Virus record (IMG/VR): IMGVR_UViG_3300044729_003379
Span: 9,727 to 73,726 of that record
Length of the DNA: 64,000 bases
Strand: one strand, 5' to 3'
DNA from: a virus
This document shows, in pieces, positions 9,975 through 21,085 of this stretch. Below the pieces are notes generated by a model that searched no databases, was not told the DNA's origin, and worked only from the letters and a program-made list of their open reading frames with translations. Each line of letters opens with the position of its first letter. Position 1 is the first letter of the stretch. The translations under genes were made by a program, and so were the position numbers.

Positions 9975-10457
9975 ATGACGGGACAATACATTGGATTTCA
10001 CAATCAAAATTTTGCTGGCACGGCATCTATAACGGTGCAAGTTCCTGATAGTGGTTTTTCTCTTAAATTTGGAAGAGTTGGGTCTTGGGCTTCTCCTCCT
10101 TATGATCCATTTGTTGAAGTTGTTTCTTTTTCTGGATACAGTGGATATTTGTTTGATCAAAGAGGAAACATGGTTGGGGGTTATTTAAAGGGGGATCAGT
10201 TTGATTTGGAGTTTGACGTTTTTTACGGTAGTGGTCAACTCAATAGAATGTCTTACAAAATAAACAATGTTTTAATTGCTAACAACATACCAATTAATTC
10301 TGGTGACGTATTTATTGACGCGGTTATCTTCGAAGACTATGGCGATCAAAACAATCTATTTATGCCAATGAAATTTGAAACAGGTTCTCCAACAGCAATT
10401 GCTGGTAATACTGGATTGTATTTATTAGCCGATGGTTTTTATTTAGTTGGTTCTTGA
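9975..10457 (+). CDS. Putative virion structural protein
   Basis: GTGTAT motif 14 nt upstream; beta-rich and S/T-G rich. Confidence 0.5.
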   Translation: MTGQYIGFHNQNFAGTASITVQVPDSGFSLKFGRVGSWASPPYDPFVEVVSFSGYSGYLFDQRGNMVGGYLKGDQFDLEFDVFYGSGQLNRMSYKINNVLIANNIPINSGDVFIDAVIFEDYGDQNNLFMPMKFETGSPTAIAGNTGLYLLADGFYLVGS

Positions 10458-10482
10458 TTTTTAATCAAAAAGAAGATATAAT
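10454..10482 (+). promoter_or_regulatory. Sigma70-type promoter
   Basis: TTGATT-17-TATAAT, 9 nt before ATG 10492. Confidence 0.65.
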
Positions 10483-10491
10483 ATTGTATAT

Positions 10492-11262
10492 ATGAAAGAT
10501 TTATACTCGTTTACGGTTTCTATTGTTTCTCCTATTTCTAAAAAGAAGGAGAAGGTTGAGGTTGTCATCAAGAAGCCCAATCATTCGATGATTGAAAACG
10601 CGGAATTCTTTTATGCATCAAAGTTTAACGAGTATTTGAATGCAGGATTTCTTTCGAAAGCAATGGTTCAGAAAAAGCTTTCTGATCTTGGTGGTATCCT
10701 TGGAAAGGGAGAAGAAGAAAACATCACCAATGAAATTACTAATATCTTTGATGCCCAAAGGATTGTGGAATTCTTCTCTTCTTCAAAAGAAGCGGATCTT
10801 TCGGAAGAACAAAAAAGTAAACTCGATAAAGCAAAGAAGCTCATCGCCAAATCAAGAAAGACTTTGACGGAATATAATGTTCATGCCGCATCTATGTTTA
10901 ATCAAACGGCAGATGTTAAAGCTCAAGAGAAATTAATTAAGTGGTTTGCCCTTTTCTGTTCTTTTTACAGAGAGACTGTTGGAGATAAAACTAATGATTT
11001 CGAAATCTTCGAAGGGGCGACTCTTAAGGAAAAGGAAGAGTTTTACAACAAAATTCTTGACGAAGAATTTGACCAATCTGATGTTGATTTGAACAGAAAG
11101 GCTTTAATTATTGGAGAAGCCGCGAGAACAATTGGTCAAGTTATTGCTATTTGGTATAATGGATTAGGGTCTGACCAGAAAGAAATCAAGAGACAACTTG
11201 ATGCTTTAGAAAAAGAAGAAGAGCTTAATGAGGATATTATTAACAGCATTACCGATGAATGA
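10492..11262 (+). CDS. Putative tail assembly chaperone
   Basis: Helical, charged; between tail tube and tape measure. Confidence 0.5.
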   Translation: MKDLYSFTVSIVSPISKKKEKVEVVIKKPNHSMIENAEFFYASKFNEYLNAGFLSKAMVQKKLSDLGGILGKGEEENITNEITNIFDAQRIVEFFSSSKEADLSEEQKSKLDKAKKLIAKSRKTLTEYNVHAASMFNQTADVKAQEKLIKWFALFCSFYRETVGDKTNDFEIFEGATLKEKEEFYNKILDEEFDQSDVDLNRKALIIGEAARTIGQVIAIWYNGLGSDQKEIKRQLDALEKEEELNEDIINSITDE

Positions 11263-12125
11263 AAGACATTCATTATATTCTTCTTGCTGAAATAGTTCAA
11301 AAATATTCAGTATTAGAGCTTCCCAAAAAAAGCATATACTTCAAGCATCCTTCTTTAAAAGATTCGTTCAGAGAAGCCTTGGGAAGGAAAGAGTTTCTAA
11401 AGGAAGCCGAAATGATCGGCTTGAAAAGCCGCGAAGAACTTTTAAATGTGGCTTATCAAAGCGGTCGTTGGACAAAGGAAAAGGATGCCCTTCTTGATGA
11501 TCTTGAGTTTGCTATTAATAGCAGAAACAAAGTTCTCAAAAAGATAGAAGACAATAACATGAAAAAAGAAATCCTTTCTCAAATTGAGAGGGATTCGACA
11601 GAATTAAATGCTTTATCGAAAGAAAAAAGGGCATTGACTTCTGCTTCAAAAGAGGTTTTCATAGAACAAAAACTGATTAAAAAAAGCTTTTCTTCAAGGC
11701 TCTTTTATGATTTAGATTTCTTGGAACCAATTGATATTGAAGACTTGAACGCTTGTTACAACCAATATATAGAAAAGGTTGTATCTTTGAGTGATCGCGA
11801 TAATTTGTTATGGGTTTCTTTTATTCCTGATTTTATTGATTTGTTTATTTTCAATACAGATGTATCTTGTATTTTCGACGAAAAGGGTATAAATCTAACA
11901 ATTTTCCAAAAGAACGTTTTGTCTTATGGTAGTCTTCTTGTAACAAAGCTTAGAAACAGCTATAATATGCCAGATTCCATAAGGAATAATCCCATAAAAA
12001 TATACGAGTGGAGCGAAGGTTCTTCTAAGTCGAAAAGTGTAGATGACTCTGACTTTAACATTAGAGAAAAGGTTAAGAAGTCCGGTGGATTGGAAAAAAT
12101 GAAACCCGAGGACAAATTGACATAA
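11259..12125 (+). CDS. Putative tail assembly chaperone 2
   Basis: ATGA overlap with the previous gene; immediately before the tape measure. Confidence 0.45.
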   Translation: MKDIHYILLAEIVQKYSVLELPKKSIYFKHPSLKDSFREALGRKEFLKEAEMIGLKSREELLNVAYQSGRWTKEKDALLDDLEFAINSRNKVLKKIEDNNMKKEILSQIERDSTELNALSKEKRALTSASKEVFIEQKLIKKSFSSRLFYDLDFLEPIDIEDLNACYNQYIEKVVSLSDRDNLLWVSFIPDFIDLFIFNTDVSCIFDEKGINLTIFQKNVLSYGSLLVTKLRNSYNMPDSIRNNPIKIYEWSEGSSKSKSVDDSDFNIREKVKKSGGLEKMKPEDKLT

Positions 12126-12155
12126 CAAAACATTACATAAAGTGTAATGTAGTGT

Positions 12156-15100
12156 ATGGCAACGGCTCCAGTTAATGTAAATGCCAATTTAAACTTTAAT
12201 CCACAAAGTTTAAATGCAGCAAGTAGGCAGGTTCAATCTGCCTTTGGGAATATTAATATTCCCACCAAACCTCTTGCGGCGTTTAATAATTCTTTAGGAA
12301 GAATTACTGGACAAGCCTCTGAATTTGACAAATCAATCAATGCAGCTACTGCGCGTGTGTTCGCCTTCGGCGCGGCTGTTACCATCATTAATGGTATCTC
12401 CTCTTCTTTTAAATCTCTTGTTTCGGCGACGATAGAGGTTGAAAAGAGAATCACTGAAATTGGGGCAGTTCTTCAAACAACATCTTCCCAATTAAATGAA
12501 TTCAAAAATGAAATTTTCGATGTTGCCAAAAATACTGGTCAAGCATTTTCTACCGTAGCCGACGCTGCTCAAGAATTAGCAAGACAGGGTTTGTCGGCAG
12601 AAGAAACAGCGAAAAGATTAAATGCCTCGCTTATCTTAACAAGAATTTCTGGATTGGATGCAGAAGATTCTGTTAAAGCTTTAACTTCGGCTATTAACGG
12701 ATTTGCTTCCGCTGGTTTATCTGCTGAACAAATTGTTAATAAATTGGTTGCCGTCGATACGGCCTTTGCCGTTTCCGCGAAAGACCTTGCAGACGGTTTC
12801 TCCCGCGCAGGTTCTACCGCAGAAGATGCTGGGGTTTCTTTTGATGAACTTCTTGGCTTAATTACTTCCGTTCAACAAACGACTGCGAGAGGTGGTGCCG
12901 TTATTGGCAACGCCTTTAAATCTATTTTTGCAAGACTTTCAAGAGGAACCGTTATTGAAGATTTGAAAGCCCTTGGTGTTGAAATTGATCAAAGTCAAAC
13001 AGGTGTTCAAAAATTACAAGCCCTCGCAACGGCTCTTCAAGGGATTTCTGATCCGACTCAAGCTAATGCAATTAAAGAACTTGCTGGTGGAGTTTTCCAA
13101 ATTAACGTTGTTTCTGCTGCTTTAAAAGATTTATCAAATGAATCTTCTATTTTTGCACAAGCATCAAGAACGGCTGGAGAAGCTTCAAATGAAGCCTTCC
13201 AGAAAAATGCTGAATTGAATAAAACATTAGCTGCTCAATTTAATTCCTTAATTCAAGGATTAACTGAGTTGGGTTCGAAGATCGGGGATCTTTCTATTGC
13301 TCCTGTTATAGAAAAACTCCTCACGGGGGCAAATCAACTTATCGAAATCTTAAACAAGGTTTTCGATCCAGAGCAAGGCAACAAATTCATTCAAGGGTTT
13401 TTTAAAGGAATTGGTAATTTCTTGGCTGGTCCGGGTTTGATTTTGATTTCTGCGGCTTTCTTTAAATTGTTTCAACTTGTGGCCAAGTTTGCAAAGGAAG
13501 GTATTTCAGACTTGTTTAAAATTGGAACCGAACAAGAGAAGATTAAAAATATTGAAGCAGGAATCGTCTCCCTTCTTCAAAAAGACGCTAATTTAAGACA
13601 GGTTCTTGCTAGTGCAACTGCTACTCAAGCCCAAAAAGAACAAGCAGTTATCAACGCTATTAAACAAGAAAATATTCTCTTGACTCAACAGCAACAGATA
13701 TTAAATAGTATTGCTTCTGCTGCAAGAACCGCTGGTGTTGGAGGATTTACTCCTAGTGGTGGGTTTTCTAAACGAAGTGGTAAAGGTAAATTTGCTGCTG
13801 GGTTTATGGAAGAAGAGGCAATGGCCAAGGCTTTAGGTGCTTCTAGTTCTGTAAAAGCCAAATATGGAAAAGGAACAATTGATGGACAAAAGTTCATCAT
13901 GAATAATCAAGAGGTTGAAATTCCAAACTTTGGTGGTGGAAAAGATAGTGCGGTTATTCCTACTTATGCTAGTGGTTTTGTTCCGAATTTTAATAAAAGG
14001 CCAAGACCTGTAAAAGTATCTTATAATCAACCATTAACAAAAAATGAAATAGAAGAATTTGGTATTAAAAAAGACGAGATCGACAGCTTTAACAAAAAAA
14101 TTAATTCTTTATCTGGCAAGTCATGGACATCACTTGATAATATCACGAAGAATAGCAAAAATCAAACAGATATAGCTGCGGCAAAAATTCTTTTAGCAAG
14201 AAGAGGCAAACAAAAAGAACAGAATCTGGAACAAGCTTTTGTTGGCTCTGCATTAAAACCATTAGATATAATGGCTCCAGAATTTGGATATTTAATTCCA
14301 GAATTCAAAAGATCACAGGAAATCGACCCAACCCAAAAATATAATACAAAAGATAAATGGAAGGGTAAGGTGGTTCATTTTAATTTATTAAACACACCTC
14401 TTCGCGGACCTTTTCCAGAAAAAATAATAGAATCAGAAAATAAAGATGAAGACATAGCTGATTCTGTTATGAACAAGATAATTAGCGAAACCGTAAAATA
14501 TGCCGACAAAATTGGCGATCCAATATTTCAAACGCCTAATTTAAGCGCAATAAAAAAGGGTCTTGGAGAAGGAGGCAATAGAGGTGCTTATGGAGCCGTT
14601 CTAGGCGCTGCTGGTGCAGCATTTGAAGCAGCTATGGTAGCTGGGCTAGGTATTGATAATGCAAATGTGCCAAAACTTGGAGAAGCAGATTTTGATGTTG
14701 AAAATGTTTCTCCTTCGTTAGAAAAGTTATTCAATATATCAAATATATCTAGGGCAGATTTTAAAGTGAAAGACTCAGAAACGGGTATTTCAAGTTTCGG
14801 AAGAAAGATTTTAAATACAGGAAAATATAATAATGTTTTAAAAGATTATCTAAATTTACCAGACGAAAACGAAAAAGAAACTTCCAAAAGGCCAAGAAAG
14901 AAGAACAGGACAAGAGCATCTGGTTTCATCCCAAATTTTAACTCCTTAAACAAAGGAGTTCCTATTTCTCAAATTCGCGCACATTTTGATGAATTCGGAA
15001 ATCCAATTGCCGTAACCAATAAACGAGATGAACCAAATGGATTAAAAGATGCAATAAAGAGAGAGAAAAGAGGGGAGAGTATGTTTGCTGGGGGTTTTAT

Positions 15101-17975
15101 TCCTAACTTTGCCGTTCCTAAAAAGGTTAAATTAAAATCGAGAAATGCAGGACAGGCAACAGGGGTTCCAGAAGAAAGTGGTGGAGTTTTTGGCAAAAGC
15201 GCGGTAACTGGATTAGCTATTTCTTCTCTTATTTCTGTTGGAATAAATCCTCTTACTGAATCTTTAAAAATAAGCTCAGAACAAATCCAAAAAGAAATAG
15301 ATAAAAGAGACGAGTTAAATTCAAAATTAGATGAAGAGAAGCAAAAAGAAAAGCAAGACCCGTCTGTAATTAAGGATTTAGAAAAACAGATTGAATCTTT
15401 GAATAAGTCTGTTTCAACAATGGAGTCAACAAATGCCTCTATAGAAAAAACGGTTGGGACAATCGCTGGGGTTGCTAATATTGCATCAACGTTAAGTGGG
15501 TTTATTGATTTTAAAAAATCATTTACAAAAATAGGCCCAGCTTTATCAAGAGGCGCTCCTAGCCTCGGATTAGCTGCGGCAGGTGGCGCTGGCGGTGCTG
15601 GTGGTGCTGCTGCTGGGACAGGATTGCTTGGGGTTGGTGCTGGAACTGTTGTTGGTTTAGGCGCTGCTGCTTTAGCTGTAGGAGTCGGGATCGGAGAGGC
15701 GATTAAATTTGTGGTAGGTTCAGAAATTGAAAAAGCAGAACAAAAAGCCAATGCCCCATTTCAAAAAGCTAGAGAAATGTCTGGCGTTGGTTTTAGAGCA
15801 GAAAGATTTGCTCAAAAACAAAAAGAACTTGCCGATTTACAAAGACAACGCCAAGAATTAGATCAACAAAGAGTTGATATTAAAAATTCAGTAAATAGAA
15901 CGGTTGTAAATCCTTATGCAGAAAGAGAGATTTTCGATAAAACAAACATCTTAGGAACAGAAGGAATTGTCGATTTTACTAAAGAAGTTAATTCCTTGTC
16001 TCAAGGAATGGATGATATTTCAAAAATGCAAATGTCTAGAAAACCTCAGACTTTGCAGGGAGAAATAAGAACAGCAAGAATGTTTAGCGATAAACAATTT
16101 GAAAGACAAAAAGAAGAAAGATCCTTAGAATTTAGAAGCAAGCAAGTTTCTTCTTCTCTTGAATCTGGAAAGATTCTTGAACAATTAATTCCAAAGAAAG
16201 TTGATATTCCTACAAATGTTACCGATGATGTTTTAAAGGGTTTAGAAAAACAATTATCTGAGGAATCTCAGAAGTTCCAAGATACAGAAAAGGTTTCAAA
16301 ATTGGGTTCAGAAATTCAAAAATTATATGGAGATTTGGCTAAGATTCCTTATGGAATTAGAGATCCAAAATTTAATGAAGAAGTCGCTCTTAAACAAAAA
16401 CAAATAGAAGTAAAAACAGAACAACAAAGAAAAGAATCAGTAAAACCATTACTAGCAGAAAGCGATGAAAAAAGAATAGCTGATCTCCAAAAACAAATCG
16501 AAGCAAGAAAATCTGTCGAAACAAGAAAACAAGCTGAGTCCAGAAAAACTGGATTAATGCAAGATGTTACAAAATCATTCGGTAATTTATTGAATATTGA
16601 TTTTAATAAATTTAAGAACTCTGATGGTAACTTTACGTCGCAATCTATAAACGATTTTTCTGCGGCACAAAAAGATGCACTCAAAGACCTTGATAGCAAA
16701 GTTGCTTCTTTGGAAGCAGCCTTGGGCGAAACAGCAACGGAAGATCAAAAGAAAACAAACGCAGAATTTATACAAAAGTATAAAGAAAACGCACAACAAT
16801 TAGCAAAAGACCAATCAGACGCCTTTAGACAAGCTTCAATTGCTGATTTTCAAAATAGACAAAATATATTAAGACAAGAACAGGAGCTTCTCAATAAATT
16901 TATTGATGATTTTAATGCCAGCTTCGGACAAAATCTTGATTCGGTAATTTCTAGCTTAGATAATCTCAGAAATGCAACACCAATTGCTCAGGCTAGAGAT
17001 TTCTCTATAGGAAAGATTGGACAGGGAAGTATTACTAGAAAACCCGGAAGTGCAACTTTAGGGGGTGGAACCTTGGGTCAAAGGTCAGACATTTTTGCAT
17101 CTAGACTTAACACAGTTAAACAGTTTGAAAGCCAATTTTCTCAATCTCAATTATCTGGATTGCTTGACCCAGTTCAACAAGCCAAGTTTAGAAGTAATTT
17201 AGCTGGACAAACATTGGGTGGTGGATCAGTTTCTGCCATACAACAGGACTTAATCACACCAGCGGCCCAACAATTAATTGGAAAAGACGGAGTTCTTTCT
17301 CAGGTTTCTAAAACAGCAAACGCAGGTGCATTAAATCAAGGCGCAGGTTTACAGCTTGAAAACCTTATCAAAGGATTAAAGGGGTTAGCTGGACAGACTA
17401 AAGATAACTCCCTTCTTCAAAAAATATCTGAACTCGAAAAACTTAGAGGAGGAAGTGCTTCTGATATTGTCAGCGGAATTTCTGGACTTGATCTTGATAA
17501 ATTCAAATCTCTTGGAGAATCTGGTCAATTATCTGGTCAACAGCTTCAAATAGAAGCCTTATCTGGCATAACTGGTTTGGGGAAAATGTTAAACGGAGAA
17601 GCCCTTCTTAATGAACAGCAAAAGTTAACACAATCTAATCAAGAATTAACAAAGGCAATTCAATCATTAAGCGATTTCCTCAAAGAAAGAGGGCTTAGTC
17701 CTCTTGACGAAAAGGGAAATGTTAAATCTCCATCTATTGAAGTTGTTGAATCAGAGGAAGCAAATAAAGAGCAAATTGCCGCAATTAAACAAAAGGCGAA
17801 AGAACTCGATGACGCGATTATTATTGCTACTCAAAGTGTTCGTTCTTCAAAAGACGCCTATATAGAGGCTTCTAAAGCATATTCTGCGCTTGTTCAAAAT
17901 ATAACAAATAATCCAATTCCATCAGGAAAACCGGGTTCTACTGGAGAACCAGATCCGAATACGCAACCAAGATAA
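12156..17975 (+). CDS. Tail tape measure protein (TP901-type core)
   Basis: 1939 aa; A/G-rich helical N-terminus with ELARQG, AGVSFDELLG and GNAFKSIFAR motifs; hydrophobic segments; GTGTAA 14 nt upstream. Confidence 0.9.
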   Translation: MATAPVNVNANLNFNPQSLNAASRQVQSAFGNINIPTKPLAAFNNSLGRITGQASEFDKSINAATARVFAFGAAVTIINGISSSFKSLVSATIEVEKRITEIGAVLQTTSSQLNEFKNEIFDVAKNTGQAFSTVADAAQELARQGLSAEETAKRLNASLILTRISGLDAEDSVKALTSAINGFASAGLSAEQIVNKLVAVDTAFAVSAKDLADGFSRAGSTAEDAGVSFDELLGLITSVQQTTARGGAVIGNAFKSIFARLSRGTVIEDLKALGVEIDQSQTGVQKLQALATALQGISDPTQANAIKELAGGVFQINVVSAALKDLSNESSIFAQASRTAGEASNEAFQKNAELNKTLAAQFNSLIQGLTELGSKIGDLSIAPVIEKLLTGANQLIEILNKVFDPEQGNKFIQGFFKGIGNFLAGPGLILISAAFFKLFQLVAKFAKEGISDLFKIGTEQEKIKNIEAGIVSLLQKDANLRQVLASATATQAQKEQAVINAIKQENILLTQQQQILNSIASAARTAGVGGFTPSGGFSKRSGKGKFAAGFMEEEAMAKALGASSSVKAKYGKGTIDGQKFIMNNQEVEIPNFGGGKDSAVIPTYASGFVPNFNKRPRPVKVSYNQPLTKNEIEEFGIKKDEIDSFNKKINSLSGKSWTSLDNITKNSKNQTDIAAAKILLARRGKQKEQNLEQAFVGSALKPLDIMAPEFGYLIPEFKRSQEIDPTQKYNTKDKWKGKVVHFNLLNTPLRGPFPEKIIESENKDEDIADSVMNKIISETVKYADKIGDPIFQTPNLSAIKKGLGEGGNRGAYGAVLGAAGAAFEAAMVAGLGIDNANVPKLGEADFDVENVSPSLEKLFNISNISRADFKVKDSETGISSFGRKILNTGKYNNVLKDYLNLPDENEKETSKRPRKKNRTRASGFIPNFNSLNKGVPISQIRAHFDEFGNPIAVTNKRDEPNGLKDAIKREKRGESMFAGGFIPNFAVPKKVKLKSRNAGQATGVPEESGGVFGKSAVTGLAISSLISVGINPLTESLKISSEQIQKEIDKRDELNSKLDEEKQKEKQDPSVIKDLEKQIESLNKSVSTMESTNASIEKTVGTIAGVANIASTLSGFIDFKKSFTKIGPALSRGAPSLGLAAAGGAGGAGGAAAGTGLLGVGAGTVVGLGAAALAVGVGIGEAIKFVVGSEIEKAEQKANAPFQKAREMSGVGFRAERFAQKQKELADLQRQRQELDQQRVDIKNSVNRTVVNPYAEREIFDKTNILGTEGIVDFTKEVNSLSQGMDDISKMQMSRKPQTLQGEIRTARMFSDKQFERQKEERSLEFRSKQVSSSLESGKILEQLIPKKVDIPTNVTDDVLKGLEKQLSEESQKFQDTEKVSKLGSEIQKLYGDLAKIPYGIRDPKFNEEVALKQKQIEVKTEQQRKESVKPLLAESDEKRIADLQKQIEARKSVETRKQAESRKTGLMQDVTKSFGNLLNIDFNKFKNSDGNFTSQSINDFSAAQKDALKDLDSKVASLEAALGETATEDQKKTNAEFIQKYKENAQQLAKDQSDAFRQASIADFQNRQNILRQEQELLNKFIDDFNASFGQNLDSVISSLDNLRNATPIAQARDFSIGKIGQGSITRKPGSATLGGGTLGQRSDIFASRLNTVKQFESQFSQSQLSGLLDPVQQAKFRSNLAGQTLGGGSVSAIQQDLITPAAQQLIGKDGVLSQVSKTANAGALNQGAGLQLENLIKGLKGLAGQTKDNSLLQKISELEKLRGGSASDIVSGISGLDLDKFKSLGESGQLSGQQLQIEALSGITGLGKMLNGEALLNEQQKLTQSNQELTKAIQSLSDFLKERGLSPLDEKGNVKSPSIEVVESEEANKEQIAAIKQKAKELDDAIIIATQSVRSSKDAYIEASKAYSALVQNITNNPIPSGKPGSTGEPDPNTQPR

Positions 17976-17978
17976 CAA

Positions 17979-19511
17979 ATGCCTCTTTTCGTTACAAAAA
18001 TCAATTCAGAATCTACTGATGTAAATTTTACATACCTCAACGGAGAGTCTATTTGGGGTTATGTGATTTCGTCGAGTTATGAATTCGATATTTCAGACAC
18101 TACCTATACAGATGGTGACGATATTTTATACGAAGGAAAAGATGCGTTAGATAGGGTTTATTTGAACCAAAATATCGTTGGCAAAATAGGATCGAACGAA
18201 ATAATAAATGGATTAGTTACCTCTATTTCTTATCCAGAAACTCCAAGCGTAGGAAGAACAACTGCCTCTATTTCTATTCAAGAAAGAAAGAGGGTTGATT
18301 CTCACGGTGCCTTGGAAAGCGTTATCAACAACATTCCTTCTCCCCAAGATGTTGAATCTTTTAGTGAAACTTTTTCTTTTGAACGAAGTGAAAACTCTTA
18401 TTCTAGGACTAGGAACGTTTCTTTAAAATACAAACAAGATGCTGGCCATTTCTTTTTGGACAAAGCCAAGATTTTTGTGCAAAATATGTTTTTCGAATCT
18501 AGACCGTCATTTGGGTATCAGAATGATGGTATTTCTGAAAATGCAAGATTCAATCTTAATTTAAAACCAATCTTTACAGAAGAAATTGATTTATTAAATA
18601 AAGAGATTTCTTTTTCAGAAACGGTCAACACCAATAGGATTAATTTACAAAACCTATCTTCCGAGTCTGTTAAGATAAATCAAAGCACAGACGAAAATGG
18701 ATACAAAAGTAAAACCTACACAGCAACATTGAAGGCTTTGCAGGAACCGCTTGAATCCAATATAAACAATATCATCAAAACGTTTGTAGACGAAGTTTAC
18801 CAAGAAAATTCAGCCGAATTCAAATATCCAGTATCCATTAGTAAAACCCTTAATTCTGATGGGGGAACTGCTGAAGTCTCTGTTTCTTTTAATAGTAATC
18901 CTAGTTTGAATTCAATTACCAATGCATTATATACGGTTTCTAAAACAAGAGAAGGAGAATGGGATGAATACTCATTTTCGATGACGATAAAATCAAAAGG
19001 TATTTCTAATTTCTCTGCATTTATAAATGCCAAAAATTATTGGATACAAAATAAAGATATTGGATTAACAAAAGTTCTTTCTTTATTTCCAGAAGCCGCC
19101 TCTTTTTCTTTATATGAAAAAAGTATAAAGGTTTCTTTTGACGAATTCAATAGAACGGTTCAACACGATGTTGTTTATACTACTAATCCAGATTATCAAT
19201 CAAATGGAAACATTTTAAAACAAGCCATAACGGTTTCTGATCAAAAAGGGGTGGAGAGATTTGCAATTGTTCCTATTTTAGGAGAAAGGGAATTGTTAAG
19301 GAGGAGAGCTAATTCAAAAACACTTTCTTCTCGTTCTGTAAATGTGACAATGACTTCTAAGGATTTAAAATCGTTAGAATCTCAAGCCTTGACAATTGCC
19401 CAATCTTATGTTCCTACCGCTGCTTATTATTACATTAGTAATAAAACTACAAAATTTGACCCCATTAATGGTGTATCTACAGCTACAGTGAACTTCGATT
19501 ATTTTGATTAA
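17979..19511 (+). CDS. Putative tail tip/baseplate protein
   Basis: S/T-rich beta protein directly after the tape measure. Confidence 0.5.
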   Translation: MPLFVTKINSESTDVNFTYLNGESIWGYVISSSYEFDISDTTYTDGDDILYEGKDALDRVYLNQNIVGKIGSNEIINGLVTSISYPETPSVGRTTASISIQERKRVDSHGALESVINNIPSPQDVESFSETFSFERSENSYSRTRNVSLKYKQDAGHFFLDKAKIFVQNMFFESRPSFGYQNDGISENARFNLNLKPIFTEEIDLLNKEISFSETVNTNRINLQNLSSESVKINQSTDENGYKSKTYTATLKALQEPLESNINNIIKTFVDEVYQENSAEFKYPVSISKTLNSDGGTAEVSVSFNSNPSLNSITNALYTVSKTREGEWDEYSFSMTIKSKGISNFSAFINAKNYWIQNKDIGLTKVLSLFPEAASFSLYEKSIKVSFDEFNRTVQHDVVYTTNPDYQSNGNILKQAITVSDQKGVERFAIVPILGERELLRRRANSKTLSSRSVNVTMTSKDLKSLESQALTIAQSYVPTAAYYYISNKTTKFDPINGVSTATVNFDYFD

Positions 19512-21085
19512 TGTCAAAAGAAATTTCATACGGAAATTACACATTTCCTCATCCATACCCTTTTTTGGGTATTAGTCATGAACCAGTTATTGTTAGTGGG
19601 GTTCTTGATCATAGTATTCTTACAGCTTCTCTTGTTGGAGAGTTAACTGGATGTAACTTAACCAGTTTAAAAAGGCAAAAGGATAATTTGATTTTGGCAT
19701 TATCGACGGGTTTTCAAACTCTTATTGTTGGGGAAAAGACGTATAGTTATGCACAACCTGTTTCTGTTTCTTTTTCTTCTTCAAATATAAGGAACACACT
19801 TCCTTATTCAATTGATTTTACAATACAAAACGAGACTGACTTTTCTCAATTTTACGGAATAAGAGACCCAATTGATACTTGGTCTTTTAACGAAGCAGAA
19901 GATAGAACCGTTTCTGCGGTTCATACCGTAAGTGCCTACGGAAATAAAATCACAGGAGATTCTTTTACCAATGCATCTAATTTTGTGAATTCAAGAACAA
20001 CTGGATTCGATATAAATTTGGCTAGTTTTTTTTCTGGCAAATCTCCAATTTTAATCAGCAAGAACGAAGAAATAAACAGATTTGAAAACTTTTACTCTGT
20101 TGTTGAGAATTGGAAGTGTTCTATTTCTCCGAATGATTTTGATAAACAAGATAGTATAGTTAGAGCAAATTGTTCAATTAATTACGACCAAGATGGAGTG
20201 TTGAACATTTCTGTGAATGGAACAATTGAAGGTGGAATTAGCGGTTCCGCATCTACTGGGTATTTTACAGACAGTGACGCAAAACTGTTTGCACAAAATG
20301 CGCTAGCTAATTGTAAGAGTGAAATTGAAAATGATTTATATGGATTACTTTTTACAAGCGCGACAAGTAATTCTTATGATATAGATACTGGAAATAACTC
20401 AATTTCCTTCTCTTATGAATTTTCCAACGCCCATGATATAAGACCAACCGGGGTTTTGCATGATTATTCTTCTTCTGTTTCTGCCAATAAAGATTCTTCC
20501 GAAATAACAGTTTCAACACAAGGAAGAGTTTATTACAAAGGTTTAAATAATCAAGTTACTGGTTCTAGTCCAGAACTCGAAACTAAGTTTCAAATGGTAA
20601 ATGCTTATTTTAGTGGGGTAAATCCATTTATTCAATCGTTTTATACTCATGATTTATTCATAACAAATATTACTGATTATTCTTTATTGCCTCTTAACGC
20701 TTCCGTCAGATCCCTAAATGTGACGAAAGACCCATTTTCTCCTTCTATTGATTACGATTATACTTATTCTAATTTTATTGATTTCTTTTCTGGAAATCTT
20801 TTAAACCCAAGTATTTCTATAAATACAGAACAGGAATATTCAAAACACGCAATTCAACAAACTGTAGATAATTCTTTTGCAGTCCAAAGAATCTATACAT
20901 CGAACAAAAAGGTTTCTGTATCTGTTAATGGGCAAATTCCTAGTGGTAAAAATGTAAATACAGTTGTAAATATTGTAAGCGGATACATTAAAAACTATTC
21001 GGTTCCAAATGGATTTTTGACAGAAAACTCTATAGAAACAGGAAACGGACAACTTGCGATGAGTCAATCATTTTTCTTTAAATAA
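19511..21085 (+). CDS. Putative tail tip/baseplate protein
   Basis: Beta-rich, composition like the previous ORF; translationally coupled. Confidence 0.5.
   Translation: MSKEISYGNYTFPHPYPFLGISHEPVIVSGVLDHSILTASLVGELTGCNLTSLKRQKDNLILALSTGFQTLIVGEKTYSYAQPVSVSFSSSNIRNTLPYSIDFTIQNETDFSQFYGIRDPIDTWSFNEAEDRTVSAVHTVSAYGNKITGDSFTNASNFVNSRTTGFDINLASFFSGKSPILISKNEEINRFENFYSVVENWKCSISPNDFDKQDSIVRANCSINYDQDGVLNISVNGTIEGGISGSASTGYFTDSDAKLFAQNALANCKSEIENDLYGLLFTSATSNSYDIDTGNNSISFSYEFSNAHDIRPTGVLHDYSSSVSANKDSSEITVSTQGRVYYKGLNNQVTGSSPELETKFQMVNAYFSGVNPFIQSFYTHDLFITNITDYSLLPLNASVRSLNVTKDPFSPSIDYDYTYSNFIDFFSGNLLNPSISINTEQEYSKHAIQQTVDNSFAVQRIYTSNKKVSVSVNGQIPSGKNVNTVVNIVSGYIKNYSVPNGFLTENSIETGNGQLAMSQSFFFK

Noticed and set aside
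11230-11262. Programmed frameshift between the two tail chaperone genes
   Set aside because: No clear XXXYYYZ slippery heptamer near the junction; a simple ATGA overlap explains the coupling
14969-15751. 260-aa minus-strand ORF and other antisense ORFs (e.g. 4070-4561, 5104-5688, 8712-9269)
   Set aside because: Shadow frames of strongly coding plus-strand genes; no promoters or recognisable motifs
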